DNA of 61,116 nt, counting the filler. It is 7 parts of 7 records of this genome, joined end to end, with 100 filler letters (N's around TTAATTAATTAA, not from the genome) between each part and the next. Parts side by side here need not be neighbours in the genome. Positions count along the whole stretch, not along the records: positions 1 to 9,741 come from SRR7504441_9533; positions 9,842 to 14,480 come from SRR7504441_9534; 5 more parts are not named here. One strand, given 5' to 3'. Positions 1 through 10,012 of the stretch are shown in pieces; positions within the stretch are counted from its first letter, which is position 1; each line of letters starts with the position of its first letter. The notes below the pieces were generated by a model. The model was not told the origin of the DNA and did not search any database. It was given only the letters and a program-made list of their open reading frames with translations. The translations under genes and the position numbers were made by a program.

Positions 1-159
1 CAGCCTCAGGCTGAAGGTTACGGAATCCCTAAATGGAATGGCAGGCAAGAGTATTTGTTCGAGGACGATCTGCGCGCCACCGCGACTACGAACATTGACG
101 TGCATGGTGTTGGAATTAATTCAAGCGTATCCGACAAACGAGATTGGGAAACAACATGA
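1..159 (+). CDS. 3' end of an unknown protein (partial)
   Basis: Open frame from base 1 (QPQAEGYGIPKWNGRQEYLFEDDLR...WETT) to TGA at 157-159, followed by AT-rich spacer typical of gene 3' ends in this window. Confidence 0.45.
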   Translation, partial: QPQAEGYGIPKWNGRQEYLFEDDLRATATTNIDVHGVGINSSVSDKRDWETT

Positions 160-445
160 ATTGACATAATTATGACATAACCGTGCGTAAAGAATGTTCA
201 GATATGGCCTGAGCCCAACCCGCAGGCACCCCGGCCCATGCACCTACACCGGTAATTATAGCACCTATAGGCCTAAGCTTGGCACGGTGTACATCTCCAT
301 TCGGCGGCACTCGAGATAATTACGAGACAGTACGTACTGTATGTGCCGGCATTACAAGTCATGTATACATGTACACTTTTTGTTCCCGTGTTCCCGAGCT
401 CATTAATGAATAAGTTGGTCATTTGCGCCAGCTTAAGTAATCCGA

Positions 446-1339
446 TCATTGATCTGGCGGCGCTGGCTTCGACGGGATGCCATGCCACGCGCTGACTCGG
501 CTAGAGCTCACGATCTCTCCATCCTCGGACAGCTTGAAGGACTCAGCTGCCACGTATCTGTTGTAATGGACCTTGGCCATTTGGAACGGAAAGAACACAA
601 GCACCTGCACTTGGTCCAACAGCCCCCGGTGCTGACGCAGCATCAGGTTCTTCCCCAGCCCAGATCGTGCCACGCCCTGTCGGTCGCCATCAAGCGAGGT
701 CCCGAACTGGTAGCTCGTGCTGTCCACTTCGGAGGCGCATTCAGTCTGGGTAATCGCCAGTCCCCCCACTACATTAGTGTTCTTACACTGATACCAGCCG
801 TTGAATTGGCCCAGGTTTTTGTCCAGCGTACCGGTCACGATCGTGTGCACCGCGCCGCGCTCATACCAGGCTACCTTCCTGTTCCGCGGATTGAACCATC
901 CGGAGACCACAAACCCGCCGTCGCAGTCCTTGCCCCGCCCAGCCACCCGGCCGTCCTCCTCGAATTCCAGGTAGTACTCGGACAAGCCCGTGTGCCCCTC
1001 CTCATCGTACGAGCCGAACCAGGCCATGCCGGACTTGGGGAGCCGGCCGGGGCCCATGGGGCCAACGAACTGCTTCTGCTCCAACTCCCAGGCCTCCCGG
1101 TCCACCACCATATCCCCCGGCCACCGCCCGGTGACCATCGCGTGCCCGAAGGCCAGCGTGGTGTACCCCAGCCCCACAAGCGCACCGAAACCACTGCCCG
1201 ATTCGCCACCAGATCCGCCAGTGCCACCAAAACTGCCGCCACCACCGCTTGCACCGCCGCCGCCCTTGTGCCGGAAGCCCGCGCCCCGTGGCCTGAAGCC
1301 CCGTGTGCCCGAAGCCCCGAGCTGCCACACCCGCCGCAT
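446..1339 (-). CDS. Hypothetical protein, probably mitochondrion-targeted (Arg-rich presequence, Gly-rich linker, hydrophobic segment, beta-rich domain)
   Basis: ATG at 1339 within ORF 446..1498 gives MRRVWQLGASGTRGFRPRGAGFRHK then GGGG linker; head-to-head with the GH27 gene. Confidence 0.6.
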   Translation of the reverse strand: MRRVWQLGASGTRGFRPRGAGFRHKGGGGASGGGGSFGGTGGSGGESGSGFGALVGLGYTTLAFGHAMVTGRWPGDMVVDREAWELEQKQFVGPMGPGRLPKSGMAWFGSYDEEGHTGLSEYYLEFEEDGRVAGRGKDCDGGFVVSGWFNPRNRKVAWYERGAVHTIVTGTLDKNLGQFNGWYQCKNTNVVGGLAITQTECASEVDSTSYQFGTSLDGDRQGVARSGLGKNLMLRQHRGLLDQVQVLVFFPFQMAKVHYNRYVAAESFKLSEDGEIVSSSRVSAWHGIPSKPAPPDQ

Positions 1340-1390
1340 GCAGACGGCCGACGTACGGCCGCACGACCGAGGCTGCAGCTGGTTAACAAG

Positions 1391-3356
1391 ATGCCACCAT
1401 GGATCTTGCTGGCGCTGGCGCTCCCGGCGGCGGCGCACCCCACGTCCTTGCCGTCCGAGGACATCGTGCCCGAGTGGCCCAATGACCTCGCGGGGCAAGC
1501 CGCCGACTTGTTAGACCTCGAGGCCGAGTACCAGAGCGCCCAAGCAGGGCTCAGCCAGCCGCAGCACGCGGCGCACCTCTTCCCTCCCGGATGGAACGGC
1601 CGGGCCCGCACGCCGCCAATGGGGTGCGGATGGCCTCTAGGCAGCGGCGGGTTGACCCATGTGCAGGTGGAGGAGCTGGAACGCATTCGGGGCTGCGATC
1701 AATACCAGCATAATACTTGCCAACATCCAGGCCATTACCGCGGGCGGGGCCGACAGCCTGGCCGGGCTCGGCTACACTGATTTCGGGATAGACGAGGGCT
1801 GGGAGAGTTGCTCCAAGGGTTCCCCACCGGGCAGACTCAACCACGACCGAGCTGGCCAGCCAACGATCAACAGCTCCCGCTTCGGAGACCTGGCCGGCTT
1901 AGTCCAAGCGGGGCACAACGCCGGGCTGCAGATGGGCTGGTACTTGGCTGGATGTGCGTGCGGCGAGACGATTGAGCTTGAGCGGAACTACGCCGGGGAC
2001 ATTGATGCGCTGTCGAGCCTTGGATTCGATGCTGTTAAATTCGACAACTGTGGCGCGATGAAGAATTTGACACTGTACGCTGAGCTCATGCAGGCCACCG
2101 GCAAGAGCTACACCGTTGAGGCCTGCCACTGGGGGCACTGTTGGGACCAAGACGGCGACCCCGACGCCTCTGGCTGCCCCACGCAGGACTGGTGTCCATT
2201 CAATCTGTTCCGAACCTCGGGCGATGTCGCGTCCGTCAGTTCATCGTGGCTTCACAACCTTCAGACCACCAGCGCGTACAGGGACCTGCACCAGCCGCTC
2301 TCGAGGCCGCACTGCTGGGCATACCCAGACATGCTCGAGGTCGGGATGGTCGAAGAACCTGCTGGCTCAGCCGAGCTGCGCTGGAATCGTGCGCACTTTG
2401 GAGGCTGGGCAGTCTCGTCTTCGCCGCTGGTGATAGGCGCCGACGTGTCCGACAGCGCGCTGCTCGCGCGGATTATGCCAATTGTTGGGAACAAGGAAGC
2501 TATCGCGGTGAACCAGGCGTGGCACGGTCACCCAGGCCGGCTGGTGGGTGGCTCAGGGTATGAAGGTAAATATCCGGTGGTGCGCGACTGCCTGCCTAAC
2601 GACCCGACTCAGCAAGATTGGTCCTGGAACCCAGACTCCGGCACGGTGCGCGGTCCCGGCGGGCTCTGCTTGGACAACCGGACGATTGGGCCGTACCACG
2701 GAGCACCGATCCCTGACCCAGAGGCCAACCAGATGCAGCTGCGCGAGTGTGACGGGTCGGATTACCAAAAGTTTATCCTCAACAGCAGCCTTGGCGACTC
2801 ACCCTGGGCCGTGCTCCAGAGCAACCAGGTACCAATCGGCAAATCAGACCGGCCACTGCCGGGTGTGTGCTCTGCTGGAGTGGGCATGACCGGCCCGTGT
2901 TGCGTGGCCACCAATGGTTGGTGGGACTGGAATGTGGGACCGGTTCAATGCCAGAGCGGCGACTTCAACGCGATGCTCCAGTTTAAGAGTGGCAGAGTCG
3001 AAATGCGCCCGGACGACAAGGCAACCACCCGGCGGTGTTGGTCGCTCTGGGATTTCCCGGCCAGTGGATATGAGGTGCAGCACTGGGCCAAGCCGGTCGG
3101 GCTGAGGCAGGTGGCTTTGCTTGTGATTAACAGCAACGCAACGCACAGCAAGGAGGTCTCAGTGCCGCTCAGCCAGATGTTCGTGTTTGGGAGTGGTGTG
3201 GTGCCAGAGCAGGTAGATGTTCGTGACATATGGGCGCACACTGAGAATGGGACGGTCCACGAGGCGGTTGAAGTGACCGTGCAGCCGGCCGACTCTGCTT
3301 TTCTTCTCGTCACGACCACGGACACCCCACTTGACCCAGTCAACATGGTACAATGA
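1391..3356 (+). CDS. Secreted GH27 alpha-galactosidase/alpha-N-acetylgalactosaminidase-like enzyme with ricin-B (CBM13-like) domain; one 43-nt GT-AG intron at 1624-1666
   Basis: Signal peptide MPPWILLALALPAAA; NGRARTPPMG|WRSWN restored by splicing; IDEGW, AVKFDNC, FRTSGD and WAYPDMLEVG motifs; GLCLD/QDW ricin-like repeats. Confidence 0.92.
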
Positions 3357-3732
3357 TAGTACAATGAATAATGCAAAAGAGTAATTCGTTTATTTAGATT
3401 AGACTCTGTTAATTATACATTCCATGATATTATCATGTACACGTACCTGCCGCTTTCGTGTTCGCCTCCTGAGTCAGTATGACATTGTACTTTTGTACTG
3501 TCTAGTACGAGTACATGTACTCTCTCAGTGGTATAGGTGCATGCGCCGACGATGTGGTATCGTGGCAGTTGTCAATGAAGGGGGAGCATGCCCGGTCGCG
3601 GCAACAATTAATCGCCGTTCCAGCCACGTGTGCATGGCGGGTGGTAATGTAGAAAATATGCATCATTGTAGCCTAATAGTACTATCGTAGGATTGTAATA
3701 ACTATGCAGTGCTAATCACTTATCTAGCATAA

Positions 3733-5154
3733 TTATGCATGCCCATTGCTTGCCATTTGCAGCGTGGCCATGGCGCATATCTGGCCACACATTTGTCCCC
3801 ATACCCATAGCTGCCGCTTCTCCGTCTCAAGCTCAGCACCAGTCGGCATCGCGAGCCGCCCTCCCGGTTGCTCTAACGGCCAGTCCGGTCCACCAGCAGT
3901 GTAGAATAGATCAAGCAGAAGCCTGCTCTGCCGCATCCCTACCGCAGCCCCTGCACAGAGCCACCCCCAGGCCCGGCTCGGGTCCGGGGGCAGCCCTTCA
4001 GCCCCTTGCATGTACACGGCGGCGAGCACCATACTGGCCTCCGGCTCCCCATTCGCAACCGATTGCTCGCCCCAACTCAGAGCCTGGCTAGCCCGACCCG
4101 CCTCGAGCTCCTGCCACGCCCGCCGCGCCTGCGCCTGCGCATGCCCGAGCTCTGCTGCCAGGTCCAGCCAGCGCTGTCTGTCCGCCTCCCTGCTGCCCTG
4201 CCGGGCCGCGTCCTGCCAGAGCAGCCACAGCGCCTCGGCATCCTCATCCGCCGCTGCCATCAGCAGCCACTTGTGCGCCTCCTCCGACCGGTCTCCTTCC
4301 TTGATCAGCCGCCTCGCCACGAGCACCTGGGCTGCCGGCTTCCCGGCACCAGCCGCCCTCGTCCACCAGTGCATCGCCAGAGATTCACGCCAACTCGGCT
4401 CGAGTGTCGTGCATCCATCCCCCCGTAGCAGCATCACACCGAGGTTTAGCATAGCCTCCGGCTGCCCTGATCGCGCCGCCTGCTCGTACCACCGTATCGC
4501 CTGCTCAGCCCGCCCCTCCATAGCCAGGCCGAGCGCATAGCAGTAGGTGCCCACAGGCTCCGACCTCTCAGCCGCCTGTTGGTACCAAGGGGTGCTATCC
4601 TCCCGACAGGACACAGCCGAATCCTTCAACCATACCACCAACGACACCCGGGCGCCCCGCCACACCCGGACCCCGTGCCGGCAATCGTACCGGTGGCACA
4701 CTCCATCCCCCTGCCTGAGTCTCACCCAGTGCCGCCCATTCCTCCGCCCGGGCTGCAGATAGAGCCCACCGCTGTACTGCCCAGCTCTCGATAGCGAGAC
4801 CACCACCGTGGCCAGCGCATGCGCGTCGTAGTGCGCTGGGTGCACCCTCCGCTCGTTCGGCAGGTATCGCCGGACCAGCGCGGTGCACACGCATACCGGG
4901 CGGCCGCACAGCCCGCCAGCCACTTTCTCGGCCCGCGCCAGCAGCCGGGCGAGGAGCGGACCACATCGCCAGGCGGCAGGGCGCGGGACCGCCCGGACGA
5001 TAAGGTATTGTTCGTAGGCGGCCGCCTGGTCGACGCTGTCCGGTCGAAGGCTCCAACCGGGCACCGGGAGCACCGCCCTCCGAAAATGTTCGGCCTCGGC
5101 TGGGCTGGCCAGTCGCGGAACCAGCCGCACCTCTCCGGGTGGGGCATGTCTCAT
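3733..5154 (-). CDS. 2OG-Fe(II) oxygenase domain plus Sel1-like repeats
   Basis: HxD...H triad (AHYD...HGV), YSGGLY, RVSLVVW; C-terminal AxxWYEQAA..G.PEAMLNLG Sel1 repeats. Confidence 0.85.
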   Translation of the reverse strand: MRHAPPGEVRLVPRLASPAEAEHFRRAVLPVPGWSLRPDSVDQAAAYEQYLIVRAVPRPAAWRCGPLLARLLARAEKVAGGLCGRPVCVCTALVRRYLPNERRVHPAHYDAHALATVVVSLSRAGQYSGGLYLQPGRRNGRHWVRLRQGDGVCHRYDCRHGVRVWRGARVSLVVWLKDSAVSCREDSTPWYQQAAERSEPVGTYCYALGLAMEGRAEQAIRWYEQAARSGQPEAMLNLGVMLLRGDGCTTLEPSWRESLAMHWWTRAAGAGKPAAQVLVARRLIKEGDRSEEAHKWLLMAAADEDAEALWLLWQDAARQGSREADRQRWLDLAAELGHAQAQARRAWQELEAGRASQALSWGEQSVANGEPEASMVLAAVYMQGAEGLPPDPSRAWGWLCAGAAVGMRQSRLLLDLFYTAGGPDWPLEQPGGRLAMPTGAELETEKRQLWVWGQMCGQICAMATLQMASNGHA

Positions 5155-5174
5155 CTGACCGCGGCCACACCGGC

Positions 5175-5369
5175 TCAGGCGGTGATGATGTCGCCCGGGT
5201 ACGGCTCGTCTTGAGAGCTCATGTCCTGGGCGGGCGAGGACGGCTGCGAAAGCGGGTTGTGGTGCTTTTTGACCGGCACCCGATTCTCAGCGATTGCAAC
5301 TGTCATCTGTGCGTCCAGCTCCTCGGCCTTGTCCTGCGCCCGCTCCTCCGCACTCGGGCGGCAGCCCAT
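5175..5369 (-). CDS. Small 64-aa protein with MGC N-terminus (possible myristoylation/palmitoylation)
   Basis: MGCRPSAEERAQDKAEELDAQM...; coding-like composition; two YAACGG motifs just upstream; ends 20 nt before the ATG of the oxygenase. Confidence 0.5.
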   Translation of the reverse strand: MGCRPSAEERAQDKAEELDAQMTVAIAENRVPVKKHHNPLSQPSSPAQDMSSQDEPYPGDIITA

Positions 5370-5690
5370 TTGACGTCAACCCCGCGGCCCCGGAAACGGC
5401 CAGATTGACAACGGTCAGCTCAATGTCCGTTACCGCTGCAGTTGCGGATCTGTCTCGATGACCGTTATAATGATCCAAGAATTTTATATTACAAGTAGCT
5501 CTACCAGACCTAGACTTGTACTTGCAGATAAGCGCTCTACTTGATTTGTATCGACTACGGCCGTCTCTACAAATCAAGTAAAACTAGGTATAGGAGGTTA
5601 CTAGGAGGGTAAGTGCGAAAAGAGCGATCAAATGCAATCTGTGCTATAGACACAGGTCTATGTACACTCGCGAGCGTTAATACGTGCTGT

Positions 5691-7172
5691 TTAGATTTCC
5701 CACGCCACGGCTCGTGGTCTTCCATCCCGCCCAACCGCTGCTTGCTTGCTTGCGTGTGACGGAGCATCCACTTGAGTAGTGCTGCCTGGAGGTTTTGCAC
5801 ACGGCACTCGTTCTGTTGGTGCAGGCCGGGCTGGTCTTGCGGATCTGCTGACCGACTCGTCTGGCAGCCTGCGACTTGGCCCCAGCTCCCTGGAGCCGGC
5901 ACCGCCTTGTGGCTCAGTGCCCCAAGCTGGCCGCGCGGCAGCAAAGTGCCGCACAATACAGGAAGCCGGGCCCATCGGCAGCCCTATCTGCCTGAGGTCC
6001 TCCTTGGAAAGGAACGGCAGCTCGGCTGCTGTGATCTCTTCACGCTGCAGTGTACCCAAGTGCTTAAGCAGCCCTAGCTCTCCCAGCAAATGCTCCAACG
6101 GATCGCCCGGCCCGGCGGCTTGCGCAGGGGCAGGTGATTGTGTCAACAGTTGCTGAACAAAGCCTTCCAGCACGGCGGGTGTGATATCCTCTCCCACTTC
6201 CTCGATCGCAGCTGGCCGATGGCTAGGCGGACTGGGCCTCTGCTCGACAATCGGCCTGGCCGGGTTACGGTCTACGCAGTACCGGCAGGTAGGCAGCCCG
6301 TTGCCACCCTGAAACATCACACTCCGGCCATACTCGTCCACTGGCTTGTGGCATATGCAGCACGCAAAGCACGCTTGGTGGAAGCTCAACTCTAGCCAGT
6401 CGACGCCGTTCTCCAGAACAGGCTGCTCGCACCCGGGGCAGGTGCGGCAAAACCCGCGCCCAAAGCAGGTCGGGCACAAGAGTCCCACCGGCTCCTGGTC
6501 ATAGTATTTGCCACCTTTGAGCGAATGGCCGCACTGTTCACAGCTGAAGCACTGGTCGTGATACCGTCGGCCCTGAGCGTCGGTGATCCAGCTGGCTTGG
6601 CTGATGATCTGAGAGCACCGGGCACAGCGCAGCCCCCTCCGCTCGGCGGCACAGCCCACGCAGAGTGGCCCCTCGCCATCCATCGCCGTCTGCTGGCCAC
6701 GTGCTATTGGCTGCTTACAGTCAACGCAGTCGTACAGCCTCTCCACCTGCTCGCAGCTGGCACAGCACGGCTCGCCCTCGCGCGCGTGATCCCAGGTGAT
6801 AGGCACAGCCGGGGCAAGACTGTCCATCCCGTCCGTACCATCTGTGATCTTCGACTGTCTGTACAGCCCGCCCTGGCAGTAGCTGCACCGCAGGCACGCC
6901 CGGTGATAGAGCTGGCCTCCCCACCGCACCGACTCCCCGCTTGAGCACGCCTTTCCGCAGCCGGCGCAAGGCCAGTCGGGCGCGGGCGGCTGGTAGCAGT
7001 TAAGGCAGTACAGCCGCCGGTCTTTGGATTGATAGAACTGACGGCCGGCCAGCGGGGAGAGGCAGTCTCGGCAGACGAAGCACTGCGGGTGGTAGACGGT
7101 GCCCCGCTGGTCGACCGGGGCCGGGCCTTGCTGCACCATCTTGGAGCAGCCGCCGCACACCGGAAAGCTCAT
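5691..7172 (-). CDS. Multi-LIM-domain protein with C-terminal SAM domain
   Basis: ATG 7172 (MSFPVCGGC); four clear CxxC...HxxCxxCxxC...CxxC LIM units plus one partial; LEHLLGELGLLKHLGTLQREEI...LSKEDLRQIGLPMGP is SAM-like. Confidence 0.85.
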   Translation of the reverse strand: MSFPVCGGCSKMVQQGPAPVDQRGTVYHPQCFVCRDCLSPLAGRQFYQSKDRRLYCLNCYQPPAPDWPCAGCGKACSSGESVRWGGQLYHRACLRCSYCQGGLYRQSKITDGTDGMDSLAPAVPITWDHAREGEPCCASCEQVERLYDCVDCKQPIARGQQTAMDGEGPLCVGCAAERRGLRCARCSQIISQASWITDAQGRRYHDQCFSCEQCGHSLKGGKYYDQEPVGLLCPTCFGRGFCRTCPGCEQPVLENGVDWLELSFHQACFACCICHKPVDEYGRSVMFQGGNGLPTCRYCVDRNPARPIVEQRPSPPSHRPAAIEEVGEDITPAVLEGFVQQLLTQSPAPAQAAGPGDPLEHLLGELGLLKHLGTLQREEITAAELPFLSKEDLRQIGLPMGPASCIVRHFAAARPAWGTEPQGGAGSRELGPSRRLPDESVSRSARPARPAPTERVPCAKPPGSTTQVDAPSHASKQAAVGRDGRPRAVAWEI

Positions 7173-7177
7173 CCGAT

Positions 7178-7229
7178 CCGCCACCGGTGCAGACCGGCCG
7201 CCTGCCGCCACCGGTGCAGACCGGCCGCC
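7178..7229. repeat. Two copies of a 25-nt unit, period 27, just upstream of the LIM gene ATG
   Basis: ccgccaccggtgcagaccggccgcc at 7178-7202 and 7205-7229. Confidence 0.9.
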
Positions 7230-7338
7230 GCCCGAGAGCCAATCTGGGTGCGTGGCGCCGCCGCCGCTGCTCCGGCCCTCGTGCTGCCGCCCGGGCGAGC
7301 CTGCACGGCGGCCTGAGTCCCAGTGGCATTGCATCAGT

Positions 7339-7356
7339 TCCGTTGTAAAATAACGG
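7339..7356. promoter_or_regulatory. Paired MYB-type sites in the LIM/channel divergent promoter
   Basis: TCCGTTG-taaaa-TAACGG. Confidence 0.5.
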
Positions 7357-7460
7357 CGGGGCCCCAAGAGAAGCGCCACGCCGCGTTCCCGCTGGGCCGT
7401 GCAGTCGGGGCGACGCCAGAATACGGTCCACCTGCCTGAATGAAGTCCGACCTGCCCAGG

Positions 7461-9118
7461 ATGGGCAACCTGCCGCTCTGTGTGGAGACCGGCCAGGAGA
7501 GCGGCCATCCCGAGCCGGAGCAGACCGCCGCGCCACCGCACGCGAGGCATGCGATCGGCCGGGCCGTGATCTCCGGCTGCCTGCTGCTGCTGCACCTGAC
7601 TACCTGCGTGCTGTACGGGCAGTGGAATCAGGCCGCGGTGCTGTATTATTACGACGTGTCCAAGGCGTGCTTTTACGACTTTGACATCCAGCGCTGGGAG
7701 CAGGCAGGCAACGATGCGTTGTGCGATAGTGATAAGATGCTCAATTACTGGAGCTCCCGGGCCGAGTATCAAACCATCACTGGGCTGAACGCTGTTCTGT
7801 GCGCTGGTTATGTGGGCGAGCTGGCCTATATTGCCTGGGTGCTCGGCTGGAAGATGTTGTACAAGAAGGAAGAGGACACCCGGCCTGAACCGTGGCTAGT
7901 CCGGCCCGGTGTGCAGGTGCTGAACGTCTGGAAAGTGGCGTTGCTTGTGCTTGCGATAGTCATCGCTCTGGTGATGTCGGCGACTGGCGATACGACTTTC
8001 ATCTTCTTTTGCCTGATTGCTTCTCCGCGCATGCTTGATCTGCTCCTGTCAATTCCAGGATTCGACGTTTTCTTCCGTGCCCTTATCGAGAGCTGCGTGT
8101 CGATCTTGATGCTCCTCTCGCCGTTCATTATGTTCTTGGTCGTGGGATCGTGCTTAGGAATGTTGTACTGGGGCAGTGATCTGACTAAATTCCCATGGCA
8201 GCACGGCAAGTATACCGTGACAGTGCCCTGCTTGTACTACCAGATGGTGCAAGCCTCGAACAACAATACACTTGGCTGCTCGGGGTCTGAGCTCATTGCT
8301 GCGCAGTATGGGACTACAGGGATTGTAGCTGACAAACAGCCGAGTCTTGACAGCTGCGACGTGCTCCGGCTGGCTTGCATCGACTACTGTCTGGAAAAGA
8401 ACCAGGCACACTGTTGCTACGAAAGTTTGATCGATACATTGTGCGGCTCCTCCGCTGCAATTGCAGGTGCCACGTTCGAGTACTCCAATGCGACCTGCAT
8501 GCTCTCTGATGATACTTCTACGCTGTTCACTGATGTGACAGTCACTACATCTCTGAGCAGCGGCGAGAGCACAATGCTCAAGCAATACATTGGCATCAAG
8601 TCCAGTACCGAAATACTGCCAAACAATTACTTTTACTCTGTGTTCCCGGGAGTGCTCACACTTTTCCAAATGTTCACCTGCGACAGCTGGTCTTCAGCGA
8701 TTGTGCGAGGGCTGTTGTCGCAGAGCGATACGTTCTCTGCTGACTGGTGGGACACCGGCCTGTGGCAGCTCGCTCTGAATATTGTGACAGGTGGGGCACG
8801 TATATTCTCAGCTTGCTCTACATGTTCGCTACTGTTCTTGTGATTGGAAACTTTTTTACAGGTATGATCGTGGACGGCGTCATGAAACAGCTAGCCAACG
8901 TACAGCAAGCCGACCCTGCATGCACTGAAGCCGGCACCGACGTCGACGAGCAAACAAATCCGCTGTACAAGACGTCGACGGATCTGACGGCTCAAGTTTC
9001 TGAATTGCAACGTGAGGTCGCATTGATGAACAAACGGATGAAACTGTTGTGCGATAAGCTCGGTGTCCGCGAGGATGAGCAGCTGGGAGAGCCCACATCG
9101 GATGTTTTGAACATGTGA
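7461..9118 (+). CDS. Single-domain cation channel (Ion_trans fold) with a large Cys-rich extracellular loop; intron at 8747-8790
   Basis: Several TM helices; pore helix and filter YFYSVFPGVLTLFQMFTCDSWSSAIVR; S6 LVIGNFFTGMIVD; C-terminal coiled coil. Start could be 7440 or 7461. Confidence 0.8.
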
Positions 9119-9319
9119 TTCTATTGCACCAAGTGTGGGACGTTGACGAGAAGTACGGGTACATACGAGCGCAGTACATGTACACGCGGTACGCGGTCAA
9201 GCGCTAAGCTTTGACGCACGAAGTATATTCTCGTATATGTTTACCGTTTTACATTTTATATTCAGCTTTATATGCTTTGAATTAAACATATCCCTGAAGC
9301 GACATCAGCTCGGGCCGCG

Positions 9320-9741
9320 TCAGGACTTGTTGAGCGAGGCTTGCAACACTTTGAGCCGGGCCTCGGCCGACTCAACCGGCTGGCCCGTCCAGTACCGCAT
9401 CCACTCGCCCGGCTCCATCCCTGCCTGGTCCACAGCCCCCTGGACGATCTCGGCCGCCGCCTCGCTCGGTCCCACAGCGGCCAGCGCCCTATCCAGCTCC
9501 AGCCGTCCCTCGCCGAGCAGCTGGAGCACCGCTCTCGCCAGCCGCTCCAGCGCCACAGCATCCGCACGCGCCTGGAGAAGCCGGACCTGCTCCAGGTTGA
9601 TTGACGCGGACTCGAACGCCTCTTCCCGGGCCTGATAGTACCTGGTGGCGGCCAGCGCCGCCGCCGTCTCCTGGGCGTCCGGGCCACAGTCCTCGTCCAT
9701 GTGGCTCGTCCCTGCGCTGGGGGCTTCTGTGCTCGGAGCGG
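9320..9741 (-). CDS. Hypothetical protein, possibly 5'-truncated at the contig end
   Basis: ORF 9320..9700 with helical Ala/Glu/Leu-rich sequence, convergent on an AT-rich spacer. Confidence 0.5.
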
Positions 9742-9841
9742 NNNNNNNNNNNNNNNNNNNNNNNNNNNNNNNNNNNNNNNNNNNNTTAATTAATTAANNN
9801 NNNNNNNNNNNNNNNNNNNNNNNNNNNNNNNNNNNNNNNNN
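9742..9841. other. Artificial contig linker
   Basis: 44 N + TTAATTAATTAA (stops in all six frames) + 44 N. Confidence 0.99.
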
Positions 9842-10012
9842 AGGGTGCAATACAGATCCTTGATTGATTGAATCTGGGATGTGTCTGAAAAGGCTCCGAC
9901 AATCTTCAGTTTGCATGGTGGCATTATGGTGGCATAGAGTCACCAACAATAATCCAGAGTTTGTATGATTGAGTGCCAATTGCAATCACATATCTCAGAC
10001 CTAGACATCTTA

